Assembly: GCF_009914755.1 (NCBI RefSeq)
Contig: NC_060932.1
Reading direction: 5' to 3' (one strand)
Source of the DNA: the human T2T-CHM13v2.0 reference genome, Homo sapiens
DNA: 64,000 nt
The position numbers and the translations under genes were made by a program. Positions 45,171 through 58,687 of the stretch are shown piece after piece (the first letter of the stretch is position 1; the number at the start of each line of letters is the position of its first letter). The notes under the pieces were generated by a model, which saw nothing but the letters and a program-made list of their open reading frames with translations, did not search any database and had not been told where the DNA came from.

Positions 45171-46366
45171 CTATACAACAAATATTAAAAGGAACAAAAA
45201 TCAGAGAACTCTGCAGATATTTTACTTTATAGAAAGATGAACCTTGCAAGAAGAAAGCTCTGTTTTATTATCCTACCATTAGTTATCTTTGATTTACCAA
45301 GTTGCTTTTAGATTATTTGTAGACAATATTTTTTGTTTGTTTCATACTTTAAGCTTTTTAGTTCAGTTGATGTTTTGGCTTCTGGCTTGGATAATTGTTC
45401 TTATTATCTCTGTTTTATTTGTGAGCAAGCTTTTAGTAAGTATTGTGGATCCATGTCCTTTCAGATTATCTCAATTTTACCTTTGATTACGATAATTTTT
45501 CAAATATGCTTCTGCAGTTGCTCAATATTAAATAAAACTGAAGCCATTTTTCATCATGATGTAGGGGTTAAGAAGAAAAACTGGGGTTCATCAAGTAATT
45601 TCTCAATTTCAGGCAGAAGTCAGAGTAGGCAAACCACAGATGCTTCTGGCTAATTTTTGGTTTGAACATCCAATTTCATTTTCCTTGATGACAGGCCAAA
45701 ATTCAAAACTTCGATTTTGAGAAGCAAAATTCAACTGCGCTGACTATTCTTAAAATTGGCTGCAGAATTGCAGTTTAAGGACTAGCTTATTTGAAAGAGA
45801 TTTTGGCCTTTGTAGAATAATAGGGAAGATGGCTATATTTGGGTATATGGGTTGTAGTTACTTATTTTCAACTTGAAAATGAAAAATCATTTGCCAAAAC
45901 CCAAATTTCCTTTTCTTCATTGATCTTCTATTGCCCAAGATACTTTGGAAATATGAATCAAGGTTTCTTTTCTTTTTAAAACAAACCAACCACCCTAATT
46001 ATAATAAGCAGATGAAACTTAGTGGCAACAAAAGTAATATTTGATGGGAATGAAATCTTCCATCTTGAGTACATATTTTTAGAACAGTAGATTATTGGGT
46101 TTACATTATATGCTATAGGAGGCTCTTCATTTTGATATTTGATGAAACACATGTAACTGTTAATAAACTTTCTTGGACTCTACATTGGAAATGGTATATA
46201 TTTTTGACATGGAACTTAGGAAGAAATAGAGGGATATATGATTGAGAACTAATCATTTTCAGATTCTAATAACACTATTAGCTTTATTTTTCTAAGCACT
46301 TAGCTTCAGTTTTAATACTGAATCTTGATTTTTTATTGTTGGGATTCTGGATGATGATGCTTCTGA

Positions 46367-46690
<324 letters not shown>

Positions 46691-46868
46691 AAACAATATT
46701 TTTTTAAAAAACGTTTTTCTTGTGTACTTAAGAAGGTAACTGTGGTTTTCAGCATCATTCTCTTATGACAAATGAGTACCATTCTATTGTTAATAACTTG
46801 GTACCTATTGAATTTGTGATTCTTTTTAAGTGATCTGTAAAGGGAATGTTGGCATAATTTTACAATAC

Positions 46869-47150
46869 TTTAAGAGGATAGTAAACCACACATAACCATT
46901 ATTGTAAATAAACTAAAAATATAAAAATTAGCTCTTGGAGATTGATAGAGTAGAAAATATTTACACATTGTACATATTCCTTGCAAATGTTGAACTTCCC
47001 ATATTAAAATATTTTAAGAGGATAGTAAACCACACATAACCATTATTGTAAGTAAACTAAAAATATAAAAATTAGCTCTTGTGAAATCGATAGAGTAGAA
47101 AATATTTACACTTTGTACATATTCCTTGCAAATGTTAAAATTCCCTATAT
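46869..47150 (+). repeat. Tandem duplication, 2 x 144 bp
   Basis: taagaggatagtaaaccacacataaccattattgtaa... starts at both 46871 and 47015. Confidence 0.95.
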
Positions 47151-48041
47151 TATTAAGTATTGGCTACAACCAATCAGCTAGAGAAGATAACTTTTTAAAT
47201 TAACTACTTAGACAAACTATAATCCAATCCTAATTACAATTGAAGTGAAATCAAAATTCAAAAGAAAATGCAATACCAAAATAACATTTGGAAATTCAAA
47301 AGTGATGAACAAATGTCAAAAAAAATTAAAAATTCCAAATAAAATGAAAAGTCAAAGGAAAACTTACTTTCTTTACAATCTCACTTTTAGAATTTTTCAG
47401 ATAGAAATTATTAAGCAGAAATAAAAGTTCATGTGAAAAAGGACATCCATTGCGAAAATATATAGCAAAAACTGGAAAATGATCCAATTGTCCAACAATA
47501 TTGAATGCTTATGTAAATTATGGCATCTAATTTCAGCAGATCATTATGCACTCAGTAAAATATTTAAATTATTCAAAATTGTATGTACCTTGTGTTATTA
47601 TGTATTTGCATTTGGAAAAACTAGGAGTAATTCAATTAAAATGAAAACATAAAAAAGAATTTTTAGAAAAAATTATAGGTACAGTTTTCTTAAAAATCCT
47701 ATTATCACGTGGTCTTTAGTACCTTAAAATGCTAACCTTGAAAAACTGCTTTTATTGAAAAATCTTACCATAAAGTAGCAGAAGTTTTATATTATCTAGC
47801 AAGTATAGAACTTCTTGCATTCAGAATTATCTAATTTAAAATTAGATGATATTTCTAAAGTTCATTGTAAAGCAGTTGTTTAAAACATGGAAAAAATGCA
47901 TTTCCTTGTGAAATGATATATTAATAAGTAGAAATATTGTACAATTACCATGGCAAGAGAAGAAACACTGTTGTAAAAATGATTAAAACAGGTTTTGACA
48001 TGAGAGAAATTTTTTTCTCCTTAACGTTGGAGAACTTATCT

Positions 48042-48975
48042 TTACCACACTTCACCAAAGAAGTTGTACAGATGGCAAATTAACATATGAAAAGATGCTA
48101 CACATCGTATGTCATCAGGGAAATAGAAATTAAAACAACAATGAGATACCACTACACATCTACCAGAATGGCCAAAATTCTCTGACTGACAAACACCAAA
48201 TGCTGGTGAGAATGTGGAGCAACAGGAACTCTCATTCATTGCTGATGGAAATGCAAATTGTACAGCCATTTTGAAAGACAGTTTGACAGTTTCTTATGTC
48301 CTCACAAAAACCTGCACATGAATGTTTCTAGCAGGTTTATTCATAATTGCTAAAGCTTGAAAGCAACCAATTTGTCCTTCAGTAAGTGAATGGATTAATA
48401 AATTGTAATACATTCAGACAATAGAATATTATTCAGCAGTAAAAAGAAATGAGCTATCAAGCTATAAAAAGACACAGAGGAACCTTAAATGCATATTACT
48501 AAGTGAAAGAAGACAATCTGAAAAAAACTACATACTGTATGATTCCAATGTATAAGATTCTGAAAAAGGAAATCTATGAAGACACTAAAAAAAAATCAGT
48601 GGTTGCCAGGGGTTTGGGGAAAGGGAGGGAGGAATAGGCAGAGCATAGGGGATTTCTACGGCAGTGAAACTACTCTATATAATACCATAGTCGTGAATAC
48701 ATATTACTCTGCATTTTCCAAACCCATAGGATGTATGACACCAAGAGTGAACATTATTGATAACTGTGGACTTTGGGTGATAATGATGTGTCAGTATAAT
48801 GATGTGTCAGGGTAGGTTCATTAGTTGTAACAAACATGCTGCCTTGGTGAGGGATGTTACTGAAGGGGGAGTCTATGCATGTGTCAGGCATAAGGTATAT
48901 AAGAAAACTCTGGACTTCCTAGTCAATTTTGATGTTAACCTAAAAATTCTTTAAAAAAATAGAGTCTATTAAAGA
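48042..48975 (+). mobile_element. L1MC/MD-type 3' end
   Basis: cacttcaccaaagaag...catatgaaaagatgct, ggagcaacaggaactctcattcattgctg, tggactttgggtgataatgatgtgtca. Confidence 0.88.
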
Positions 48976-50561
48976 AATTGAACACCGTAACTTAACTGGG
49001 TTGGATGGAAACTTTCTTGACAACGTGACAGTTCTGAAGTAAACTTTGGGAATCTTTCAACAGATTCCATTTTCTCTTTAAATGTTGTTTTTCTCTCTGC
49101 AAGGTATTGTTTGTCCTCTTTATTCATACAAATATATACTAAAGAGCTTGTTTTATAATTCAGAATAGTGATAACTAGGGACTTTTTAGGGGAGAGTTTA
49201 TGAATACTTTAAAATCAATGTCTACCATGATTGTTTCTATTTTCCAGGTCGAGTGCATCTCAGATCAGCCAGGCTTGTGTTGGGAGTTGGCAGAGAGGCA
49301 GTGTGAGATCTATCTTTATTTGAAAGAAATATTATATTGAGCATTTTTGATTCCAGGAATTTCTCTCCCACCCTGCAAAACATGCCAAGAGCAGATGTCC
49401 TTGGGGCAAAGCCCAGCTAGGGATTATATACCATCTTGCTATTTCTTTGCTTACAGCTTTTTCCATTGAAAATGTCCTTTCTTTTGCAAACAATTTCCAA
49501 TTTATTGTATGTGACCAGCAAAAGTGAGGTTTATGTTCAACTTTTCAGGAACAACTCTCTTTTGTAGTTGAGGGAGAACCGTATTGCAAGTTGTATATCC
49601 TGGATTTGTTCCCATTTTGTTAGGTAAACATAGGTAATCTGTCACTAACATAACGTTCATAAACTGATTTCATCTCTTTTGTACTTTATAAACCTGAGGT
49701 CTTATATCCTTTGAATTAAAACAAAATCATATACTATTCTGTGTAATAGGCTACCTGGTATAACACAAACTTTGAAACCAAGATCCCTATTCTCGATAGG
49801 CTACTGAGTAAACAGTAAGACATATCTTTTAAATTAGACTAAGAAAAACATTACTTAAAACCTTGCAAGAAAAATTAATGCATGAATTTTAAAGTTCCCT
49901 TGGCAACACAAGTAGGGACATATATTTATGTTCATTAAAAACACTGTGTCACTCTGCAGTGTTAGTTATAATGGTTTAGAAATGGATATTTAAAAGTGCA
50001 GACTTGGTAAACTTCTTGCAATCCTAAATTTTAGAGAAGAGTGTCATCACTGAAATTTCAAAAATATCAAAAAAGCACTGGTTTTTAAAGCACATGGTTG
50101 CCAGTAGATGGCTTTAGCTACAGTAGATTTATATTACTGACTGTTAATTTGCTGATTCTTTGTTACACTAACAACCAGCGGTTCTCATTATTTTCTTCAC
50201 ATTTCATGTACACACATCTGTGGATATCACAGGTAGAGATATTTAAAATTAGAAAACTACATGTTCCGGAAGAAAGAGATCCTATCCAGATTACTTCTGG
50301 GCAAGGTTTGCACTCCTTAATCGCGTTATTACCCTCATTGACAAGATAAAATATAAAATAAAACAAAAATGAAACAATTAAAATAAAGCCATCTTTTAAA
50401 ACTGGAAAGGAAGAGAATATATATCAAAAGTGCACTTTACCTTATATATTTTCATTCATATGTAGTGAAAATCTTGCATAAACATAATAAAAGTAATAGA
50501 AATATATTGGCATCTTACTCTTTCCATACACAAAGTGTATAAGAATTCTTCCAAATAGGCA

Positions 50562-50732
50562 TTTTTTTAAAGAGACAGGATCCTGCTGTGTTGCCCAGGC
50601 TGGAGTCAGTGATTACTCACAGTTGGAATCATAGTGCACTGAAACCTCCTTGAACTCCTGGCCTCAAGAGATCCTCTCACCTCAGCCTCTTGAGTAGCTG
50701 AGACAACAGGCACACACCATGACGCCCAGTCC
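50562..50732 (-). mobile_element. Alu monomer (FAM/FLAM-like)
   Basis: Single antisense monomer containing ttactcacag...atcatagtgcactg. Confidence 0.8.
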
Positions 50733-51216
50733 AAAAAAAGATCTTTATGAGCAGTGCCATACCTCTGTGCCAGCAGGGCTGGTAATAGTGGGGGAAATTC
50801 TGTCTCTTTATCTTGTATGTAAGAGGGCTTTTTTTTTTTCCTTCTAAATAAGTATCTACCCTGTTTACCATTGCTTGGGTTACATTATAAGACAAGACAA
50901 AGTCAAACTGTAAAAGTCAGGAAAAGTAAAGACATTAGGACTTTTTCTTAGGAGGTTTTCCTAAATTAGGCTCTAGTTTTATACGTAAGAAAATAACCTC
51001 AATTGTGTCTATGAGATACATAGTCACAATCCAATAGATCATGCTGTCAGGAGCTTTGTTTGATGGCTTTAAATTCATATTTTTCTAATCTTAACTCTCT
51101 TCCCCCCACCCTCTTTGTGTGGACTGATCTTGGGTGTTTCTGCTGGCATCTGGATGGGAACCTAGGGGGCTAGATGTTTCTCTGTGGTGCTATCAGCACA
51201 TGTCATCTTGGCTGAC

Positions 51217-51531
51217 CTTTGGGAGCATAATAGCGTTCATAAACATGGACAAGGTGCTTCAGTTGATCCCGATTATCTGCTTTGGGATTAGGATACCCTT
51301 GCTGCAGAGCAAGACAAATTTATAGGCTGCTGTGGGCACAATGTTTCGCTAGGTATTTTATCAGTCTATTTTGACCCACTACCCTAACGTTTGCCTCCTG
51401 GCATGGCCTTGGGCTCCGCTAAGGTAAATGGTCAATGCAAAAGCCTGATACTCTCCCATGCAAGCTCTGACTGGCTGCAGGATGGTTTGCTGAAACCCTC
51501 AATATAAGACAATGTTATCCTTGTGGAGTTA
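51217..51531 (-). pseudogene. Relic exon 8 (N-terminal half of an RGS-like domain)
   Basis: Strong acceptor ttgttttctttttgttgtcacag|, donor AAAG|gtcagc. 315 nt, phase 1 to 1, three stops. Ends ..RVVGQNRLIKYLAKHCAHSSL*ICLALQQGYPNPKADNRDQLKHLVHVYERYYAPK. Confidence 0.72.
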
Positions 51532-53096
51532 CTGTGACAACAAAAAGAAAACAAGCCATCATTACTCTACTATGGAATATTCCTTTTGTGTGTGTGTAAA
51601 TTATAAATATTACTTTTTCTCCCCACCTTCAGTTTTTAAAATGTGGTTTCACATTTCATTTAATGCTAAATGGTTCATTACATAGAGTAGCAACTCAGTT
51701 CTCTTATTATGGTGTTATCTTTCACTTTGTCAAAATATGTCTACTTGATAAGAAATCTGACAGAAGTTGCTTATGATGGGATCACTAACAGCCATCAGTT
51801 TCTCTCCAGCAAATGAAACTGTAACCATGGTGACGGCCTTTTTTTTGTCAGAATGAAAATGAGACAGCACTCTGCTGCAGCCATTAGCAGAATACACAAA
51901 TGTCCCTCAAGGCAAACATCTAAAGCAAATGGACTGCAAAGGAAGGAGCACTAATTTCTATTTATTTAGGATTTGTAAACCTAGCAGAGCAAGATATTAA
52001 CAAAGGAACAAACAAAGAAAGCTTAAAAAATCCCTGCTGTTTGTGTTTTTCTTTTGGTTTATGAAACTCCTTGTTTCAAATCAAAAATACTCCGGTTTGA
52101 TTTTCCTACTCTAGCGTTGAATAATACCAACAATGTGCCCTTGACTCTCCCCCCAGATGTTTCCTGAGTTTTCCTTCCCCCTGGCAGAAAGAGGAAAAGA
52201 GAACTTAATCAATCAAGTAGAAAAAGTACTTTAAATGATAAGGAGTTTCTCCTGTCTTCTTTTAAATGTACATTTTAGGGAAAACTATCAAAAACGAAAT
52301 ACAAGATGTCGTTTTTCATATACTTTAATTTTCAAAGAGGCATGTTCATTCTGATAAGGTGCATAGAAGCTGATAATAAGTCTATTCTAACACTATCAGC
52401 AATCAGCCACAGACTGTCAAAGACCTTTCAAGTGTCAGACCCTTCTCACTGTCTTCTTATTCACCATTAGACCATCTTACTAGAAACTACTTAGTGCATG
52501 CAGATATTCTTTTGACAGATGTGGCTTAGGTGAAGTTTCTTTAGCCATCTATGATATGAAAAATGATTTTCCTTAACTGTCTTACAACTAAACCAAAATA
52601 TTATTTTAAAATAATTTATTGATCTCTCTCTTTCTTTTTCATTCTCTCTTAAAGCCTTTTCTCTCCCTCTGTTTCCCTCCCTCTCCCTTTCCTTATTTCT
52701 TGAATTATTCTAACAATTGAGCAAAAATATCTTTCAATATTCAGTTTATTAAGCTGACTGATTCAGTTTATTTGCTACAAATACCAACTTAATTTTTAAT
52801 TTACAACTTGATTAGAAGAGCAAATGACTTCAATAGTGTTTCACAAAGCCTTCAGGAAGCTTCCTAAAGGCTAATTTATGTACACATTATTCCAGAATCC
52901 CCACTGCCACCTCTAGAAAGACATAAAATTATCAGTTTCAGGTAATGACATTTTTGCCCAATATTTTTTCAGAAAATCCAAGTTTGTAGATTTTTGAAGC
53001 ATACTAAGGGGGTCAATCTAAAAATGTGTGGCTATATTTATATAGTTATGCTATGGAATTTATCAGTGACCACTACAGTGCAGATACTCTGCATAC

Positions 53097-53325
53097 CCAT
53101 CTCTGGAGTGTGTTGTTCTTTAATTTCCAGTTGTTTCTTTGGACAGGTCTCAGTTTGCTGTACATTTAGTTTTTCTTGCCAATGTTCAACATCTTCCTCA
53201 AGGCACTGTGGATTGAAGCTAAGCTGTGTTGGGCAGGGGCAGTCAGAAACTGGCCCCTGGCCAGATATTCACCAACTCATTCTTATGCTCTTAAACTACA
53301 AGACCTCTAAGGGACATCACAATAT
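53097..53325 (-). pseudogene. Relic exon 7 (alternative in-phase acceptor at 53205)
   Basis: Long pyrimidine tract ending tttggag|, donor ATGG|gtatgc. 229 nt, phase 0 to 1. Reads IL*CPLEVL*FKSIRMSW*ISGQGPVSDCPCPTQLSFNPQCLEEDVEHWQEKLNVQQTETCPKKQLEIKEQHTPEM. Confidence 0.6.
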
Positions 53326-53915
53326 CTCCAAAAGTGATGGAAGCAACAGGAAAAGAGGTTTAGGCATTGGTTTTGAATCTGGGGAAAAAGTTTAGCTTGG
53401 AAGGTTTCCTTTCCATAGTCATTCTTTAATTTTTACTGAGCCAATGATAAACTAATTTATATCTCTAGCTTGAAACTTATTTTGAGAAGTGTTTTATAGA
53501 AAATATTTGTATATTAATTCACCAAATATACACTGAGTGCCTTATCTATGTAAGACATGATTTAGACTCTAGCATATGAGATGTGATTTGTATGTAAGTA
53601 GCTATGTAGTGCCATATTAATAATAAAAATGAGAATAACAGTCAATATTTGTTAGGTGTTTGACAAGTACCTGGCACTGTGAGGTCGTAAGAGGACCACT
53701 TAGGAACCCATAGCAATAATCCAGATGAGGAGTGATAAGATCTGCCCTTGGATGACAGTGGAAACAGAAAAGATGGATTGGAAGCTAGAAATATGAAGAG
53801 TTAGAAAAAAATATATCCCATATATCCTTCTCCTTTATAAGGAAGGAAGAAGAGTCAGATATATCTTTGAGATTTTGGTATTTCCAAATCAAATATAAAA
53901 TATAACTGATCATAT

Positions 53916-54294
53916 TGTATTAGTCTCTTCTCACGCTGCAATAAAGACCTGCCTAAGACTGGATAAATTATAAAGGAAAGGCGTTTAATTGACTCACAGT
54001 TCCACAGGGATGGCTATGCCTCAGGAAACTTACAATTATAGTGGAAGGGGAAGCAAACACATCCTTCTTCACATGGCAGCAGGAAGGAGAAGAATTGAGT
54101 GCCCAGCAAAGGGGGAAGCCCCTTATAAAACCATCAGATCTTGTGAGAACTCACTTACTATCACGAGAACAGCATGGAGGAAACCCGCCTCCATGATTCA
54201 GTTATCTCCACCTGGTCCCTCCCACAACACATGGGGTTTATGGGAACTACAATTCAAGATGAGATTTGGGTGGGGACACAGCCAAACTACATCA
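53916..54294 (-). mobile_element. THE1 (ERVL-MaLR) solo LTR
   Basis: tgtattagtc...gagatttgggtggggacacagccaaactacatca; near-TSD catat/tatat. Confidence 0.92.
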
Positions 54295-54439
54295 TATATA
54301 TTACTTGGTCCAGGAGTGTCCTATATGGTGTAATGTTGAAGTGCTCAAGCCAGTGTTTAGACTATTACTAGCTGTATATGTTGACAAGTTGATAGCATTT
54401 AAACTCAGTTTCCTCACTTGTTAAATTGTATAGAGTTTT

Positions 54440-54684
54440 TACTTGTTGTCTGTGGAGGACTGGTTCCAGGACTCCCCAAAGATGCCAAAACCCATGGATA
54501 CCAAAACCCATGGATGCTCAAGTTCCTTATATAAAATGGCATAGTACTTTCATGTATCCCATGCACATCATCCTGTAAACTTTAAATCGTCTCTAGTTTA
54601 CTTATAATACCTAATACAATGTAAATGCTATGTAAGTAATTGTTATAATATATTCTTCTTTATTTGTATCATTAGTTATTGTAT

Positions 54685-54716
<32 letters not shown>

Positions 54717-54787
54717 CTCAAATACTTGTGATTCTTGAATGGTTGAGTCTGTGGATGTGGAAATAACAGTTCAGAAGACCTGACTGC
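54440..54787. mobile_element. MER2 (TcMar-Tigger) with an internal (TG)n, inserted in a MIR
   Basis: ggttccaggactcccc...ggatgctcaagttccttatataaaatggc...acttataatacctaatacaatgtaaatgctatg; MIR-like flanks on both sides. Confidence 0.85.
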
Positions 54788-55599
54788 ATAATAGTCACTA
54801 GTGTTTAGTGAGCATCCAATGAATGTTAGCTCTTATTATTTGTTAGGAGTGTGGGATGTGACAAAGTTTAAAAGGTACTGTTTGTATTGTCATCTAAGCA
54901 CTTTTCACAGTGATTCTTTGATTAATTAAAGGTCATCTAATCAGCTCTACTCAAAGCGATGTGATAAGGAGTTTTTACCGCAGGATGTGCCAACACACTG
55001 CTTCCTTCATCCACAGAGGAGATCTCAGCAGAATCAAGCAGTGTGCTCAGTGACTGAGTTGTTTTGTGTTCTAGCTTGTGGACTAGGAACAAACAGGCCC
55101 TCCACCCATAGCCAACCCTTCCACAGTGTACACTTTACATATCACTGATCTCCACATTAACTCAAAGGAATTAAAAGCAGAAAATTAATGTCTAAAATGT
55201 GCCCATTAGGGCATGCTTACACCACCTTGTAAACTTTGACCTCTCTCTTTTAGGACAAGCACAGGAAGGTCAAAAATGAGGAACAAAGAAAATGGCACTG
55301 TGACTTTATCTGTCATTGGCCAATCTAGTCCCCTGAGCCTAAGGCTCTTCTTTTTTCTGTTTTTTTTTTTTTTTGGGGGGGGGTGGGGGGTTGGGTGTTT
55401 GACCACCCAGCCTTGGTCATGCCTCAGCTAGATGATACTAGGTTAAGCTATTCTGAGAGCCTGTTAAGTCAGTTCTGTGAGTATTTCTAGCTGTCTAGTC
55501 TGAATCACCTCATGAGGAAGATCAAATTTCTAGTGATTTCTTGCATTCCTTACTATTCCAAGGATGATACTAAGTTATCTGATGCTCATCTGAACTCAC

Positions 55600-56011
55600 C
55601 ACCATATAGATCTCAGCCTCAAACTCAACTCAGGATAAAAGCTATCTCTTCACGGTGGAAGACAACAGGACTTGCATGCTGTCACTCATTCTGTATTGTA
55701 GCTTGAGGGCCACTTTTGAAGTGTTGCTGTTGTAATGACTTTGTAACAAGGTGAATAAGCATCAACATGATGCATCTGATTCCAGAGTTCTTAAGGAATG
55801 AACATGCATTCCTTGAGTGCATGACCTAGCACTTTTTTCATCTGTTGCCGTTCCAGTGCAAGAAACTTCTAGATCTTCCCAGACACACACAGACTCCCAT
55901 TAAGTTTAGAAATCAGCAGTCCTGTCTCTCATGCTTTTCAATTCTCCTTTACGTAACTTGCCCCATATTTTAGCAACTTCATGTGCAGGAACTACTTTCT
56001 CATGATGCCAT
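55600..56011 (-). pseudogene. Relic exon 6 (acceptor apparently mutated, cag to caa)
   Basis: Starts ttttcaa|A TGG CAT in phase 2 and has a consensus donor GTG|gtgagt. Reads WHHEKVVPAHEVAKIWGKLRKGELKSMRDRTADF.. KFLALERQQMKKVLGHALKECMFIP*ELWNQMHH.. VALKLQYRMSDSMQVLLSSTVKR*LLS*VEFEAEIYMV. Ends in phase 0. Confidence 0.65.
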
Positions 56012-56874
56012 TTGAAAATCCAATTCACACATAAATATAAATGACCATTTATATAATTTATGGAAAGTGCTTGCTTTCTCAAAAGCAACTAAAAGTAGTG
56101 GACAAACATGTCTCTAATGATGGTATTACATGTACCATCATTAAAATACTTTAGAGAAAAATCAACTCCCAAGTGTCCCTAAAATCACCATCCACTCTTC
56201 TGACCATAAGGCTGCTCTGACAATGTGCATGTCAGGATCTCTCAGCTCAACATCATGGGAACAGAGAAAACTAAAGGCAACTCATTTACTCGGTGAGCAC
56301 TTGCTCTGATTCCTACTGTACTAAATTGACTAGCCATGCAAAAAATAGGATTAACTGTCCAATTAGGAACTCATAATTTTTTTAAACAATTTGAGCCTGC
56401 CTCTATAAGGAAGTTATTAATAAAAGAAGCCATTACATTCAAAATAGACAGTAGTTAAGTTGGGAACTTCCTTCTTCATCAAATTACATTTTAACTCACC
56501 TAAAAGCAATATCAAGCTTCCAACTTTCAAAATAAATGAAGGCTACTCAATAAGCATCTAACACCCATAAAAATCTGAGCCAAGTGAGTGTTATTTCAGG
56601 TTGGTATTTATCCCAGGAGTGAATTTTTATGGGAAGCATATGAGATGCATGAATATGCTTCAATGCATATCATATTTATTAAATTTTTTTTAGCATTTTT
56701 ATGTTTTTCTTGGCAACTTAGAAAGTCATCTTTCAAGTAAATTAAGTTACAAATGTAGAAAAATAATGTATACTTAGTTTATATTTCTTAGTAGTGAATA
56801 TTCTCTTTTAACATTTATTTCTTCTTTATAATTATTGACTTTTTTCCTAATCTTAAAAGGCCCACAGCATTTAC

Positions 56875-57375
56875 CTCTTGGTTTCTTGGTGAATATTCAC
56901 AATGAGAGTTTAGTGATCTCAAAACCTAAGTGAGCCAAGGTTTTCAGAAGTTGAGCATGAGACAGATCTTATAGCCTCGTGCTCCCCACTTTTGCAACCT
57001 CTTAGGTTTTTCTGAGTCACAGGGAAGATTGGAAACTCATGGCAAAATTTCAGCCTCTTTTTTGTCTCTAGTTTCCCAACACCATGCTTGTACAATTACA
57101 ACAAAGACTCCTCCCCCTGCTTTAATTCACATCAATTCCGTCCTGTACTTGGGTACATTTCTGCTGGTGCCTGAAGCTAAATGTTCCCAGCTCCTGGATT
57201 ATGGCCTTCTCCCCCTGACATTACTAGTTTTAAAGAACGAGGCAAAAAAAAAAAAAAAAAAAAAAAAAAACCCTCATATAAGACTTTTCATAATCAAGGA
57301 GAAACAAGGGGCCACTGTCATCCAGTCTTCCTGCTCACAAATGTCAAGATGGTATTCAAAATTGGTCCAGTAAAG
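56875..57375 (-). pseudogene. Relic exon 5, containing a poly(T) expansion and frameshifts
   Basis: Acceptor tgttttatttgcag|, donor AGAG|gtaaat. Starts in phase 0 with LYWTNFEYHLDICEQEDWMTVAPCFSLIMKSLI* and ends in phase 2 with ..LYKHGVGKLETKKRLKFCHEFPIFPVTQKNLRG..TLIVNIHQETK. Confidence 0.65.
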
Positions 57376-57955
57376 CTGCAAATAAAACATTTTATTTGGA
57401 CTTAGAGCCGCTACAGTATTTCCTTTAATTTTTGGTCATATTGATGGCATTGTTGGAGAGAATTTATGAAATGCTTTAAATAATGACAGGTTACCGTTTT
57501 TCAAATGTTTACATTTTGTTAATAATTTCATATATTTAGCCACTTAACATGAAAGAGCTGGAAAAACTAGAATTAGTTGAAAATATTCTTGTTCATGTTT
57601 TTGAGAACCATAATAGGACTCATTTTTAACTTCCAGTCACTATGTATGTAGCTATCTGAGCATGTTACCCATTAATGTACTTCAAATCAAGCATCTCTCT
57701 TCCACACATTGTTTTATAAAAACTTGAAATAACCTTTCTTAAAATAAAAAGTAAAAAGAACTGTAAGGGGGTGTCAACTTTTGTCACAAACTTTATGAAT
57801 TGTTTAGAGATATATTAAAATATAGCAACAATTCACATATCAGCTTTCAAATGTTCCTATTTCCAGTTTGTGAGTCTAGATTTTTCCCTGTGCTTTGCTT
57901 CTTTGGGTTAAAATGTATTGTTATTTTCCTTAGACCAGCTACCTCTGACTCTCAC

Positions 57956-58203
57956 ATGATCAGGAAAATCCTTCCTGATCCCCTGGAATATTTTCTCACA
58001 GGAGTGTTCTATATCTAGGTAGATGAATTTCAGGAAGAAAATACAGCTCATCTATGATTCAAAAATATTGCTAATTCTTGATTATTGAGGCTTTTCCTTG
58101 ACTGGATGCTGGAGATGATAGACTCTTATAACAGTCTTCAGAAACAAGAGAGCTTGAGAAGGGTTATACGGTATATGGAACTTGCTGCTTTCCCACATGG
58201 GCA
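57956..58203 (-). pseudogene. Relic exon 4 (RGS-like helices)
   Basis: Acceptor ttttacacattttcag|, donor CAT|gtgaga. 248 nt, phase 1 to 0. Reads PMWESSKFHIPYNPSQALLFLKTVIRVYHLQHPVKEKPQ*SRISNIFES*MSCIFFLKFIYLDIEHSCEKIFQGIRKDFPDH. Confidence 0.7.
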
Positions 58204-58522
58204 CTGAAAATGTGTAAAATTGGACTCAGGGATTCAAACAATAAAATGATTAAAGAGTGGAGACCCTCATAAGGTCACAGCATAGCATTGGTTATGTAAA
58301 ATATCTTTGAACTTTAGAGATTTTTATGCTTTTTTCAATTTTTTTCTATTTCTATTCTCTCTTTACCTAGAGCTATGAGATGATCACATTGTAACTGAGC
58401 ACATACACCTTATTCTCAGAAGGTTGACACCAGGAAGTCTTCAGAGTACTTATCATCACTTACGGAGAGGTAGAAAGATAGTGGAGAACACTAGAGTTTA
58501 TAAGACTCACTATGAAAAATGC

Positions 58523-58687
58523 CAACTACTTCTCATGATATTCCTTTTAAAAACATGTCATGGCCTTGAAATCAAACATCTGGTAACCACTGAGTTAAGT
58601 GACTTAAGAAATAATTTTCTAGACTAATTAGGGACTATGCTGGATAACACAGGTTTCCTAGCTCTTGGTTCACTACTCTCTCCAATG
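58523..58687 (+). repeat. Dispersed direct repeat, copy 1 (about 165 bp)
   Basis: Roughly 90% identical to 59782-59947 by eye. Confidence 0.93.

Noticed and set aside
49248-49302. Isolated plus-strand acceptor/donor-like pair suggesting an antisense lncRNA exon
   Set aside because: A single motif pair is common by chance, and no transcript evidence is available.
52994-53395. 133-aa plus-strand ORF (longest in the track), and likewise plus-strand ORFs at 51134, 57029 and 60981
   Set aside because: They lie antisense to relic exons, mostly lack ATG starts and resemble no protein family; they are shadows of the minus-strand coding relic.
58464-58490. Possible 27-nt minus-strand microexon (ctag|...CTCC|gtaagt), and a similar 26-nt one near 55221-55246
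   Set aside because: Not needed for phase continuity and too short to support without alignment.
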